41,723 bases of DNA from Octopus bimaculoides (Eukaryota): positions 8,233,102-8,274,824 of the forward strand of contig NC_069003.1 in the NCBI RefSeq assembly GCF_001194135.2. Reading direction: 5' to 3'. Of this stretch, positions 22,824-34,344 are shown piece after piece. Both the position numbers and the translations under genes were made by a program. The notes beneath the pieces were generated by a model. It did not search any database. It saw nothing but the letters and a program-made list of their open reading frames with translations, and was not told the DNA's origin. Each line of letters opens with the position of its first letter. Positions within the stretch are counted from its first letter, which is position 1.

Positions 22824-24037
22824 GCATCGTTAGCACGCCGGACAAAATGCTTACCGGCATTATTTTTAAGGTGGCGGTGATGAGTTCAAATTCCTCCGAG
22901 GTTGAGTTTGCCGTTCATCCTTTAGGGTTCGATGAAATAAAATACCAACCAAATACTGGGACCGATATAATCGATCAACCCCCTTTCCCTTAAACTTTTG
23001 GCCTTGCGCCAAAGCAAACTGCATAGCGACATTTCAACTATCTTTATGTTCCGAGTTCAAATCTCGCTATGATCGACTTCGCCGTTCATCCTTTTGTGGG
23101 TCGATGAAATAAAGTACCGATAAATTACTGAGATAGATATTATCGTTCCACCTCCTTTCCCTCAAACTTCTGGCCTTGCACCAGGGCAAACTGCTTAGCG
23201 GCATCTCGTCCATCATTACGTCCCGAGTTCAAATTCCACCGAGGTCGACTTAGCCGTTCGTCTTCTCTGGCTTAATGAAATAAAGGAACAATCAACTACT
23301 AGGCTCGATGAAATCAACTTCCCCGTCCCTTCAAAAACTTCTGGTCCCGTGCCAGAATTTGAAACTATTGTTACCGTGGTTTCGTAATGAAAACTTCTCG
23401 ATAAACCGAAGCTAGACTTTTTTTTTTTCGTGTATTTTGTTTCACCTCTAGCAACGAACGATAGCCGAGAGATTGTTAGTGAGAATTACATAACTGCAGG
23501 TTAATATTGACCGTAAAAACTCTTGTTACTAACATCAATAACACTCTTCCCACTTCCTCTGCCCCTCCCACCTCTTTCTCTCTCTCTCACTTTCTGTGAA
23601 TCAATAGAAAGCATTAGCGTTCTTATATTCCTTATTATCGGTAAATGTAAATGTAAAAAGAAATATAGATAAATTTCCTTTTTGGTCGTTTGGAAGAAAC
23701 AAGTAGAAACTATTTCTTCATGACATAACGATCATTATTCGTCAATAATTCTTATTTGATCAACAGGAGATGTCTATTGAAGGCGCTGTTATTGTTCCGC
23801 GTTCATTCACTCGTCCGTTTTTCTTCGATCTTGTTGTTGTTGTTGCTCTTTTTTTTCTTCTTCTTGAGTAGCATTGACTACTAAGAAAATGGGAACAAGA
23901 TACATGGTGCAGATTTTAAATTGCAGTAGCAGTAGTAGTTCTAGAAACAATATCTACATTCGAATATGCACCCATAGATAACTACACATACATACATACA
24001 TATGCAAACACACACACACACACATATATATATATAT

Positions 24038-24253
24038 TTTTTACTTGTTTCAGTCACTTGACTGCGGCCATGCTGGGGCATCGCCTTTTAGTCGAGCAAA
24101 TCGACCCCAGGACTTATTCTTTGTAAGCCTAGTACTTATTCTATCGGTCTCTTTTTGCTGAACCGCTAATGTTACGGGGACGTAAATACACCAGCCTCGG
24201 TTGTCAAGCGAAGTTGGGGGGACAAACACGGACACACAAACATACACACACAC

Positions 24254-24288
<35 letters not shown>

Positions 24289-24375
24289 TAAACGACGGGC
24301 TTCTTTCAGTTTCCGTCTACCAAATCCAATCACAAGGCTTTGGTCGGCCCGAGGCTATAGTAGAAGACACTTGCC
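24038..24375 (-). mobile_element. SINE family B, well preserved, truncated by gap 24376-25172
   Basis: Canonical 3' module, (CA)/(TA) linker, then CGACGGGCTTCTTTCAGTTTCCGTCTACCAAATCC...GAAGACACTTGCC. Confidence 0.92.
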
Positions 24376-25172
24376 NNNNNNNNNNNNNNNNNNNNNNNNN
24401 NNNNNNNNNNNNNNNNNNNNNNNNNNNNNNNNNNNNNNNNNNNNNNNNNNNNNNNNNNNNNNNNNNNNNNNNNNNNNNNNNNNNNNNNNNNNNNNNNNNN
24501 NNNNNNNNNNNNNNNNNNNNNNNNNNNNNNNNNNNNNNNNNNNNNNNNNNNNNNNNNNNNNNNNNNNNNNNNNNNNNNNNNNNNNNNNNNNNNNNNNNNN
24601 NNNNNNNNNNNNNNNNNNNNNNNNNNNNNNNNNNNNNNNNNNNNNNNNNNNNNNNNNNNNNNNNNNNNNNNNNNNNNNNNNNNNNNNNNNNNNNNNNNNN
24701 NNNNNNNNNNNNNNNNNNNNNNNNNNNNNNNNNNNNNNNNNNNNNNNNNNNNNNNNNNNNNNNNNNNNNNNNNNNNNNNNNNNNNNNNNNNNNNNNNNNN
24801 NNNNNNNNNNNNNNNNNNNNNNNNNNNNNNNNNNNNNNNNNNNNNNNNNNNNNNNNNNNNNNNNNNNNNNNNNNNNNNNNNNNNNNNNNNNNNNNNNNNN
24901 NNNNNNNNNNNNNNNNNNNNNNNNNNNNNNNNNNNNNNNNNNNNNNNNNNNNNNNNNNNNNNNNNNNNNNNNNNNNNNNNNNNNNNNNNNNNNNNNNNNN
25001 NNNNNNNNNNNNNNNNNNNNNNNNNNNNNNNNNNNNNNNNNNNNNNNNNNNNNNNNNNNNNNNNNNNNNNNNNNNNNNNNNNNNNNNNNNNNNNNNNNNN
25101 NNNNNNNNNNNNNNNNNNNNNNNNNNNNNNNNNNNNNNNNNNNNNNNNNNNNNNNNNNNNNNNNNNNNNNNN
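24376..25172. other. Assembly gap. Other gaps: 2342-2636, 9828-9872, 16809-16908, 19828-20053, 21896-21970, 28117-28196, 29665-29915, 37641-37650, 38810-39676
   Basis: Runs of N, mostly flanked by TA/CA microsatellites or SINEs, typical of a short-read assembly. Confidence 0.99.
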
Positions 25173-25244
<72 letters not shown>

Positions 25245-25289
25245 GTGTTTCTTTGTGTCGTGTGTGTATGACTTTACGTCTGTATTTAT

Positions 25290-25460
25290 CTCCACTTTCG
25301 CTTGCCAGCCAATTCTGGTTTGTTTGTGTCCTCGTAACTCGTCGGTTCGATATGACAGGCGGATGAAATAAGTAAGTACGGTGTCGATTTATTTGACTCG
25401 AAACCTTCAAGACTGTAACCCATTCAGATCGCAATGCAGTGACTAAATCAAGTAAAAGAA
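25290..25460 (+). mobile_element. SINE family B 3' module, degenerate
   Basis: CGGTTCG...AATAAGTA...GGTGTCGATTTATTTGACT...GTGACTAAATCAAGTAAAAGA. Confidence 0.65.
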
Positions 25461-26453
25461 GATATGCTTAACATTTATCAATATCTTATTCAGCTTGATC
25501 GCTGTTACCTAAGACAGTTGGGTGTGATTCGAGGCGGCCGCGGCTGCTATTTCTAGCAGAACAACCCACCCTATAACACAAGTTTCAGCACTGTCTCAGA
25601 ATGACTGAAAATTAGTTACAAAGAATGGTACGACGTAATTCCAAGAAGCAAGATATTCCTCATAGATTAAGATTTCATTCCTTGAGATGCTTTCATTTTA
25701 TAATCGGCAATGTAGTACAAAGAATATAGTTACTCTAGCACCAATCTCATGAAATATGGATGGAAAAATCAGAGAAAGGCAAATATTATTCACCAGAGGG
25801 CTCTGCAATCAAAACAGCGCCTTGGAAATTTCCAAACTTCTGAAATGAATCTTTATTCTTTCATATCACCTGCATAAAGTTATGGCTTCATTGCTTTTTC
25901 GCCATACTTTTCTGAATATTGTGGAAGCGATGTATCAAAGAACTACTTGCCTACTCTCTATCTCTCTTTCTTTTCCTCTATCTCTTTCTTGTTCTCTCTC
26001 GCTGTCTTTGTCCGTCACATGCAGTATGCATCAACATGCACATACGCATATAATAACATATGCATATTTATGTTATATATGCATATGTATATATATATAG
26101 GTAGTGTATATATACACACAGTTATCCCTCTCTATCACATATATGTTATCGTTCTCTCTACGTGTGTTTAGAGAGATATACAAATACGTACATACATAAA
26201 TACATATTTATACATATATATATATATGAATATATTCATTTGTGTGTGTATATAGTAGGTATATATAAGACAGTAAGAGAGAGAAAGAAAGAGAGAGAGA
26301 AAGACTCAGGTATTTATTTACTTAGATCAATCAAAAATATAAAAACAAAAATATCAAACAAACGTTTACACATGCACGGTTACTAACATAATGTATATAC
26401 GTATGTATGTTTGTATATGTGTATATACACATCTACAAATATGTATGTGTATA

Positions 26454-26512
<59 letters not shown>

Positions 26513-26730
26513 GTCTACGTACACGCATACACACGCAAACGCAAGTATGTTTATACCTTATTATATGTAATAAGGTAGGAATGTATATATTTAAATATAT
26601 ATATATATATATAAATACATATATGTATATATATTTATGTGTATAGATATACAGATTTATACATATTTATATACACACACACACATATATATATATATGT
26701 ATATATATCTATATGCCTACGTACAAACAC

Positions 26731-26772
<42 letters not shown>

Positions 26773-26822
26773 TGTGTGTGTTTATCGAAGAGTATGACTC
26801 CTTGATTTTGCTAATTTCCCAG

Positions 26823-26961
26823 GCTGTATTTTAGATTAAATCTTGTATTCTGTGTCGTAACAAGATGGCGACTTCGAAGGAATCGTAAATATTTTATGTA
26901 AAAGTAAAGCAAACGAAAATATGGCTGAATCAAGTGACTCCTGAAACTTCTTAGCCACAGG
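26823..26961 (+). other. Candidate non-coding exon (139 nt)
   Basis: Acceptor TTTTGCTAATTTCCCAG with a CTAAT branch-like motif, donor CAGG|GTAAGT, stops in all three frames. No transcript evidence. Confidence 0.35.
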
Positions 26962-27199
26962 GTAAGTAATAAAGACAGATAAGGAGGAGAGGTGAGAGGA
27001 GAGCGAGTGGAATATAGAGGGAATATGTGGTGGTGGGCAGGGGAGAGGATAATGGAAGAAACGAAAAGCATAGAGAGAGGAAGAGTAGAAGAATGAGGAA
27101 GAGGAGAACTGAGAGAGAAAGAAAGAAAGAGAGAGGGGGGGGAGAAAAAAGGGTGGAGTAAGAAACAAGATTCAGGTGAAGTACTGGAAGACATCTTAC

Positions 27200-27755
27200 G
27201 TTTTATCTGCCTACTTGTTCCAGTCATTAGACTGCGGCCATGCTAGAGCACCACCTTAAATGGAATTTTGTCGAATTTGGACGAACCGCTAGTGTTACGG
27301 TGACGCGAACAAACCAACGCCGGTTGTTAAGCAGTGGTGAGGGACGAGGCACACGTATACATCACGCACTTTTGTTTTTTTTTATCTGGATTGTTTTTCT
27401 TTTACTGCGGCCTAGCTGGAGCACGGCCTTGAAGGGTTTTAGTCGTACGAATCGACCGTAAGACATATTTCTTAAGCCTAGTAATTATTCTATCGGTCTT
27501 TTGCCGAACCGCTAAGTTACTGACACTTAAACACACCAACACTGGTTGTCAAAGACACACACGCACACACACACACACACACATATATACATATAAAACG
27601 GGCTTCTTTCAGTTTCTGTCTACCGAATCGACTCACAAGGCTTTGGTAGACTCGAGGCTATCGTAGGAGATACTTGCTCAAATGCCACGCAATAGCACTG
27701 AACCCGGAACCATGTGGTTGAGAAACAAGCTTCTTACCACACAGCTACACCTATA
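27200..27755 (-). mobile_element. SINE family B with duplicated 3' module
   Basis: ACTGCGGCCA..CTGGAGCAC occurs twice (~27230 and ~27404), followed by the microsatellite and head module. Confidence 0.85.
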
Positions 27756-27851
27756 TATATATGTATATAATATAATATAGGATAAAATCTTTATAAGAAT
27801 CTATCAAGTAGTCAGCGTGAAAAAAACTCATCGTCTTTTTCCCATAAATAT

Positions 27852-28116
27852 ATAATTTATATAAGGGCATTAACTATATAGTAATGCCTCACGCTTAGAG
27901 GGACTAAAAAAGTCAAAAACTACCAAAAAATAAGCAACATATTTACCGAAAGCGAACAAATGCAACTTTCAAAAATTAATCTCCTAAAAACATTTAACTT
28001 AACGGTAAACCACTGTTTTCTCAATCAATACAGCAAAAACTGTGAAGTAAGCTGCATCTTTTTGTCCCTCTAAGCATGAGGCATTACTATATAGTTAATG
28101 CCCTTATATAAATTAT
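27852..28116. repeat. 53-bp inverted repeat (52/53 identical) with 159-bp spacer
   Basis: 27852-27904 versus reverse complement of 28064-28116. The right arm ends at the gap 28117-28196. Confidence 0.9.
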
Positions 28117-28196
28117 NNNNNNNNNNNNNNNNNNNNNNNNNNNNNNNNNNNNNNNNNNNNNNNNNNNNNNNNNNNNNNNNNNNNNNNNNNNNNNNN

Positions 28197-28234
<38 letters not shown>

Positions 28235-28345
28235 TAGTCGGCCCGAGGCTATAGAAGAAGGCATTTACCCAAGGTGTCAAGCAATGAGACTCAGCCCAGA
28301 ACTATGTGGTTGGGAAGTAAACGTCTTACTACACAGCCACGCCTG
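28235..28345 (-). mobile_element. SINE family B head fragment
   Basis: GTCGGCCCGAGGCTATAGAAGAAG...ATGTGGTTGGGAAG...CACACAGCCACGCCT. Confidence 0.85.
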
Positions 28346-28614
28346 TTGAGAGAGGAAGAGAGAATGAGCGAAAATGAGGAAGAAAGAGAGAGAGAAAGAG
28401 AAAGAGAGATAGAAAGAAAGAGAGTATTAAAGTTTGCCAGAGATAGATGGACAGAAAGACAAAAAATAAACAAAGAAGGAAAGAGAAAGGAGCAATGAGA
28501 AAAAAGAAAAAGAGATATAAAGAGGTGAAGAGCAAGGGCTGGAGAAAGAGGAGGATAAGGAGAGAATCATAGAAAGAAAAAAACAATACAAACAAACATT
28601 AATTGTTTAGATTA

Positions 28615-28700
28615 GAGGTCGGGAAACCTCTTATATCATCGACCCCCTTCATGGGAGACGTTGATAACTTATCGACCCCCATCATGTAAATTTCTGAAAT
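28615..28700. mobile_element. Possible hAT-like MITE end
   Basis: GGTCGGGAAACCT followed by two ATCGACCCCC motifs resembles hAT-type subterminal repeats. No partner TIR found. Confidence 0.25.
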
Positions 28701-29055
28701 GAAATTAAAAAGTATAATTAAGAAAAAATTTTGATTGAAAAACAATAAATCCGTTGTTATTTTTGTGTCGTTAATCTTTTTGTTTTTTTTACTAAGGAAT
28801 GTTTAAAGAAATTTAATGAAAATACCGAAAGATATTGATAAAGAATTATCAAAATTGAGGGGCATTTCTCTGTGGGGCCGAAGTTGTGGCTGTACGGTAA
28901 GAAGCTGGCTTCCCGACCACATGGTAGTGAGTTCAGTTCCAGAACAATGAAAAAAGGGCAATAAAAATTCTGTCCTATGTAATCGACTAGCCGCTTCTCT
29001 AAAATTTCAGGTCTTGTGTCTATAGCAGAAAGGATTTCCATTACTATTATTATTA

Positions 29056-29252
29056 TGGCAGCGAGCTGGTAGAATCGTTAGCACTCTGGACGGAATGTTT
29101 AGCAGTATTTCGCCCGTTGCTACGTTCTGAGTTCAATTTCCGCCGAAGCCGATTTTGCCTTTCATCCTTTCATAAAATGATTGACTGGGGTCGATGTAAT
29201 CAACTCGTCCCCACCTCCGCCAAGCTGCTCTTGTGGCATAAATTTGAAATAA
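29056..29252 (+). mobile_element. SINE family A
   Basis: GGCAGCGAGCTGGTAGAATCGTTAGC...GAGTTCAATTTCCGCCGA...GCCTTTCATCCTTTC...CTGGGGTCGATGTAATC...AAATTTGAAAT. Confidence 0.9.
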
Positions 29253-29264
29253 TAATTATTTTCT

Positions 29265-29465
29265 ATCGTTTACTTGTTTCAGTCATTCGACTGTGGCCAT
29301 GCTGGGGCATCGCCTTGAACTATTATTAGTCGAATGAATCGACTCCAGCGCTTACTTTTTAAGCTTAGTGCTTATTCTATCTGTGTCTTTTGCCGATTCG
29401 CTAATTTGTGGGGACATAACTCCACCAACACCGATTGTCAAGCGGTCGTGAGGGACAAACACAGG
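29265..29465 (-). mobile_element. SINE family B 3' module
   Basis: TTTACTTGTTTCAGTCATTCGACTGTGGCCATGCTGGGGCATCGCC...TGTCAAGCG...GGGACAAACAC. Confidence 0.85.
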
Positions 29466-29483
29466 CCGATACACATACACACA

Positions 29484-29640
29484 GGCATGGCTGTGTGGTA
29501 AGAAGCTTGATTCCTAGCCACCTGGTTCCGGGTTCAGTCCCACTGTGTGGCACCTTGGGCAAGTGTCTTCTGGGGTCTGGGGCTGACTAGAGCTTTGTGA
29601 GTGGATTTGGCAGATGAAAACTGAAAGAAACCCGTCGTGT
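29484..29640 (+). mobile_element. SINE family B head module
   Basis: GGCATGGCTGTGTGGTAAGAAGCTTG...GGGTTCAGTCCCACTG...CTTGGGCAAGTGTCTTCT...GAAAGAAACCCGTCG. Confidence 0.9.
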
Positions 29641-29915
29641 GTATATATATATATATATATATATNNNNNNNNNNNNNNNNNNNNNNNNNNNNNNNNNNNN
29701 NNNNNNNNNNNNNNNNNNNNNNNNNNNNNNNNNNNNNNNNNNNNNNNNNNNNNNNNNNNNNNNNNNNNNNNNNNNNNNNNNNNNNNNNNNNNNNNNNNNN
29801 NNNNNNNNNNNNNNNNNNNNNNNNNNNNNNNNNNNNNNNNNNNNNNNNNNNNNNNNNNNNNNNNNNNNNNNNNNNNNNNNNNNNNNNNNNNNNNNNNNNN
29901 NNNNNNNNNNNNNNN

Positions 29916-30345
29916 GGGAGGGAGAGAGAGAGAGGGAGGGAGAGAGAGAGAGAGGGAGGGAGAGAGAGAAAGAGATTGAGCGAATTGGAGGGAGACGGAG
30001 GGACAGAGCGAGAGAGGGGGACAGAGGAAAATTGAAAGAGAGATTGAGTGAGAGGGAGGGAGAAGGTGGGATAGAAGAGAAAGGGAGAGGGTGACAGGGA
30101 GATTGGTTGAGGAAGATTAATAGAGAAAAAGAGGTTGGGAGTGAGGGAAATTTATAGAGAGAAAGAGGGAGAGAGGAAGAGATTGTGTAAGATGGAAGGA
30201 TAGGGGGCGATAGAAGGAGGGAGGGGTAGAGTAGATTGAAAGAGAGATTGAGTGAGAAGGAGAGAGAGATTAATAGAGAGGAAGAAGGAGAGAGATTGAG
30301 AGGGAAAGAGAGAGAGAGAGAGCAAGAAGAGGAAGAGGTGAGTTG
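29916..30345. repeat. (GA)-rich polypurine tract
   Basis: Direct reading. Confidence 0.9.
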
Positions 30346-31212
30346 AATATTGAAATATAAAGTGGGGTGGGTTGAAAACTGTTTGAATAGAAAGAGAAAC
30401 AAAAAAAAACGAGAACAAAAACAGCAACAACAACGGCGAGACGACGACGATGATAAAAATAATAATAATAATAATAATGATAATATATCAATGAATAATA
30501 TGGGGTGAGGGAGAGGGTAGAAGAATAAATACTTAATTATCGAGAGCGCAAAAATACAAGGTACGTTAATAAAATGAACCCCCCCCCCCACAAAGAAAAC
30601 AAAACATAAAAACAATTCTTAAAATAAAGAGAATTCACGGTAATAAATGTAGAACAATTGAATATAATAAAGTGAGGAGAAAAAATGTTTTCAATGAAAT
30701 ATAATAATAAGAAAGAATATAAAAATAAAATAATAAGAAATAATATAAAAGTAAATTGAAAAATATTCGTTGTGAAATGAAATAGAATATAACTTGATAA
30801 AATGAAGTGGAAAAGTTTGCAATATTCAAAAGATAAAAACAAATATTTATTGCTGATATTATGAAAATATATATAAAAAAAAAAATAAAGAAACAAGATA
30901 TACGGATAAATAGAAAGTTGGAAGCAGTTCAAATATGCTTGAGGCATATTCGAACCCATATGATGGCGATTCACTGTGTTTTAATCATGGGGAAAACTTT
31001 CTTGCTGCAGACAGATAGATGTAAACACAGAGTCGATTGGATACGTGCATTTCGGAGAGGTTATCTTCTCTTCAGCAACAGAGACTGAAGACGTTGACGC
31101 TACGAACTGACTGGCGAGACAGGTCCCTCGTTCAATTACTATTGTCGCTATTCAGCTGCTCGTCTTGAACGGAATATGGGGTGACAGCGCTAAGGAGTGA
31201 TGTGTATAAACA

Positions 31213-31329
31213 CAGTAATCACTCGGTTATTGCAGGTGTTACGTTCCAAAATCACCGTGTGAAAGGTGAAAAATCCGCGAAGTAGAAACAGTACAGTTCT
31301 GTATATTTTTTAAAATTATTTTTATAATT

Positions 31330-31330
<1 letters not shown>
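31213..31330. mobile_element. Second copy of the Tigger-like MITE end (opposite orientation to 121-246)
   Basis: CAGTAATCACTCG...GGTGTTACGTTCCAAAA...AAAATCCGCGAAGTAGAAACAGTACAG matches the reverse complement of 130-246. Confidence 0.8.
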
Positions 31331-31369
<39 letters not shown>

Positions 31370-31534
31370 TGCACACATACGAGCGTGCACACACTCACAT
31401 GCTCATACCAAACAGTTTCGAAACAACGCCAGATCATACATTCACAATAAATGGAAGTGGAGAGACAAGTTACTGAAGAGATTGCAAGAATGCAATGAAA
31501 TAATTTAACAAAAAACTATATAAATTAATAAAGG

Positions 31535-31680
31535 ACCGATTAGATTGACCCCCAGTACTCAACTGGTACTTAATTTATCGACCCTGAAAGAATGAAAGCA
31601 GAGTCGACCTCGGCGGAATTTGAACTCGGAACGTAAAGACAGACGAAATACTGCAAAGCATTTCGCCCGGCGTGCTAACC
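31535..31680 (-). mobile_element. SINE family A
   Basis: CCCCAGTACTCAACTGGTACTTAATTTATCGACCC.GAAAG...GTCGACCTCGGCGGAATTTGAACTC...GTGCTAAC. Confidence 0.9.
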
Positions 31681-31809
31681 TAATATTATATATGAGATAA
31701 ACAATTATTGAAAAACCCAAAAAGGTTAGTGAATTGGATGTTTAACACCCCTTTGAAGGAACTCTTTTCCTCAGTCTGTTACTTTATCTATGTATATATA
31801 TATACATAC

Positions 31810-32026
31810 TTATCTTTTATCGTTATCATTCATGCGTGTCAGTCATGTGACTGCGGTCATGTTGGAGCACCGCGTTGAAGGGTTTTGGTCGAACAAATCG
31901 ACCCTGGGACTTGTTATTTTTTTGAATCCCCTAACACTTGTTGTATAGGTCGGTTTTGTCAGAACCATTAGACTACAGGAACGTAAACACATCACTTGCC
32001 AGATTTCAAGCGGTGTTGAGAGACTA

Positions 32027-32065
<39 letters not shown>

Positions 32066-32160
32066 CGACGGGCTTCTTTCAGTTCCGTCTACCAAATCTA
32101 CTCACAAGGCTATGGTTGGCCTGAGGCTATAGTAGAAGACACATGCCCAAGGTGCTACGG
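31810..32160 (-). mobile_element. SINE family B
   Basis: 3' module, (CA)/(TA) linker, CGACGGGCTTCTTTCAGTT...GAGGCTATAGTAGAAGACAC. Confidence 0.88.
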
Positions 32161-32599
32161 AAACTCTTTTACATGAATAGGCGTTGAAGGTGGAGTTGGT
32201 AAAGAAACAATTGTACATATTTACAATGAAAAAGTTGGCAGTGACTTCAAAATTTTGGCTTCCGCGCTATCGTCAGTCTGAGATCGGCGATCAAGCCACT
32301 CATTTTTGTTGTAAAAATCATTGAATATGTTCTCTACCAAAAAGTTTTGCTTAATCGATTCTTATGTTGAATGTTAAATTGCTTTTATATATATATATAT
32401 ATATATATAACTTCGTATAAAAACAAACATCAATGCATACACACACAAGCACACGCACACATATACATGTATATATACGCGTGTGCATATATATATGTGT
32501 GTGTATATGAATATTTCGATTCCCAATAGCCCAATATGATTGAAACAATACAGTCATTTTACCTGGATCGAGTTTATTGGTTGCCCTCCTTATAGACAG

Positions 32600-33141
32600 C
32601 ACGGTATGACACATGTATATACGTACATATATCCTCAGACATGATACATGATATCCTTTCTTTCTCCCCCTATCTCTCTCTCTTAATATATATATATAAA
32701 TATATATCTACATATACATATTCATACATATATATATACATACATACACAAACACACACTCACATATATATGTGCTTATATACACAAATATACTTATGTC
32801 AGTTTGCGTATGTATGCACAGAGAAACACATACAAGCGTAACAGGCGTACGTAGACAGACAAATATATGTATACACGATTAAGTACACTCACATGCTTGT
32901 GTACACATGATGGCGTCTATATCCATATGCAAAAATTAAATTTTTCTTTCTTCCATTATTGCAATTTCGCCAAAGTTTATAGTATTTTCGAAATTTAATT
33001 AACGACATTGAACATGAAGTTTGAAAGCAATTCATTATAGTCGTCATTACATGCATACGCACATAAATGCATACAAATATATATATATGTACATGTGCAT
33101 TATGTATATATATATATAATATATATATATATATATAATAT

Positions 33142-33173
<32 letters not shown>

Positions 33174-33263
33174 CACACACATACATACATATATCTGTCT
33201 ATATATATATATATCAACATATACATATTTACGTATACACACAGACACACACATATATGAATA

Positions 33264-33297
<34 letters not shown>

Positions 33298-33401
33298 ATA
33301 CACACAACACGCACACATGGATGCATAAATTCTATAAATTTGTGTGCATGTATATATACATATATATAATATATATATTCATGTTTATAACATTTATAGA
33401 C

Positions 33402-33438
<37 letters not shown>

Positions 33439-33575
33439 AATATATATATCAATATATATTATATATACATGTATGTATATATCTATTAACATATAATATA
33501 ATATATACATATATATATATATATATGTACAAACACTCATATATACCACCACACACACTTATACATATTCATATC
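32600..33575. repeat. Compound TA/CA/CATA low-complexity field
   Basis: Direct reading. Confidence 0.85.
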
Positions 33576-34149
33576 AGATGTTGTACGTTAAAATATCTGC
33601 TTAAACATTAATAATGCTATATTATGCATGCATGAATGTGTAACGTGTTTTAAACATACTTCTATGTTTTCTCACTGCTTGTCTACCATTTGTTTCTTCC
33701 ATCTGCAATCAGATATGAAATAATGGATATTTATATAGTAGTCTTACAGACAAGACCAGCTACTCATCTTGGTTGTACTCAATGTTTATCGTGATATATA
33801 TTGTCTACCGCCTGCAGTTCTATCACCCATCTTAAACCGTGCATGAAGCTTTGTTGCTAACAATGGTGGTACGAACTAGCAGTCTAGGTGATAGTTTGTC
33901 TATTTTCTGCTAGAATAGTCTGGATGAATTAATTGAGTATATGGACATCGCAGTCCACCTTCGTCTCTTTAATACCATAGAATCTTCTATCGAAGACGAC
34001 GTACAAGCGTTCAGTTTTTGCCGAACAACCTGCACAAATGTAGCGAACAAACGTATGCGCTGTGCGTTAGCTTTAATCCTTTGTGGGTTCAACGTTGCTT
34101 GAACAGATGCACAGCGTACCACACGCCAGGTATGGAACTGATTCCAGAG

Positions 34150-34265
34150 CTATGTGAGATGTAGTGTTTTGCTTAAGGACACGATGCACCAGCCGATCAA
34201 CGAATTGAAACCACGATCGCGAGATCGAGGGTGCAACATCCAAACCATTAGACCACGAACTCTCA
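34150..34265 (-). mobile_element. SINE family C head, degenerate
   Basis: Reverse complement gives GTGGTCTAATGGTT (box A), GGTTTCAATTC (box B) and TCGTGTCCTTAAGCAAAACACT core. Confidence 0.7.
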
Positions 34266-34344
34266 CTCTCTAATATAATAACTATAATTATCCTTTCTAC
34301 CATAATATAATAGCTATCATTTTCCTTTCTACTATAAGCACAGT

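Larger units (their letters stand above)
21842..23370 (+). mobile_element. Head-to-tail array of about seven SINE family A copies
   Basis: Box B GAGTTCAAAT (GATTTCAAAT in one copy, a looser variant in another) plus the CATCCTTT..GGGTCGAT core recur from approximately 21842, 22125, 22348, 22550, 22811, 23010 and 23186, all on the + strand. Confidence 0.85.

Noticed and set aside
23807-23880. Minus-strand terminal exon VNATQEEEKKEQQQQQDRRKTDE* after TTTTCTTAG
   Set aside because: Short and mostly GAA/CAA repeat, so an open frame is expected by chance. No partner exon or homology. Would need RNA-seq support.
32178-32282. P-loop-like peptide IGVEGGVGKETIV
   Set aside because: Spacing and the residue after GK do not fit Walker A (GxxxxGK[ST]). 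The frame is bounded by stops within 35 codons.
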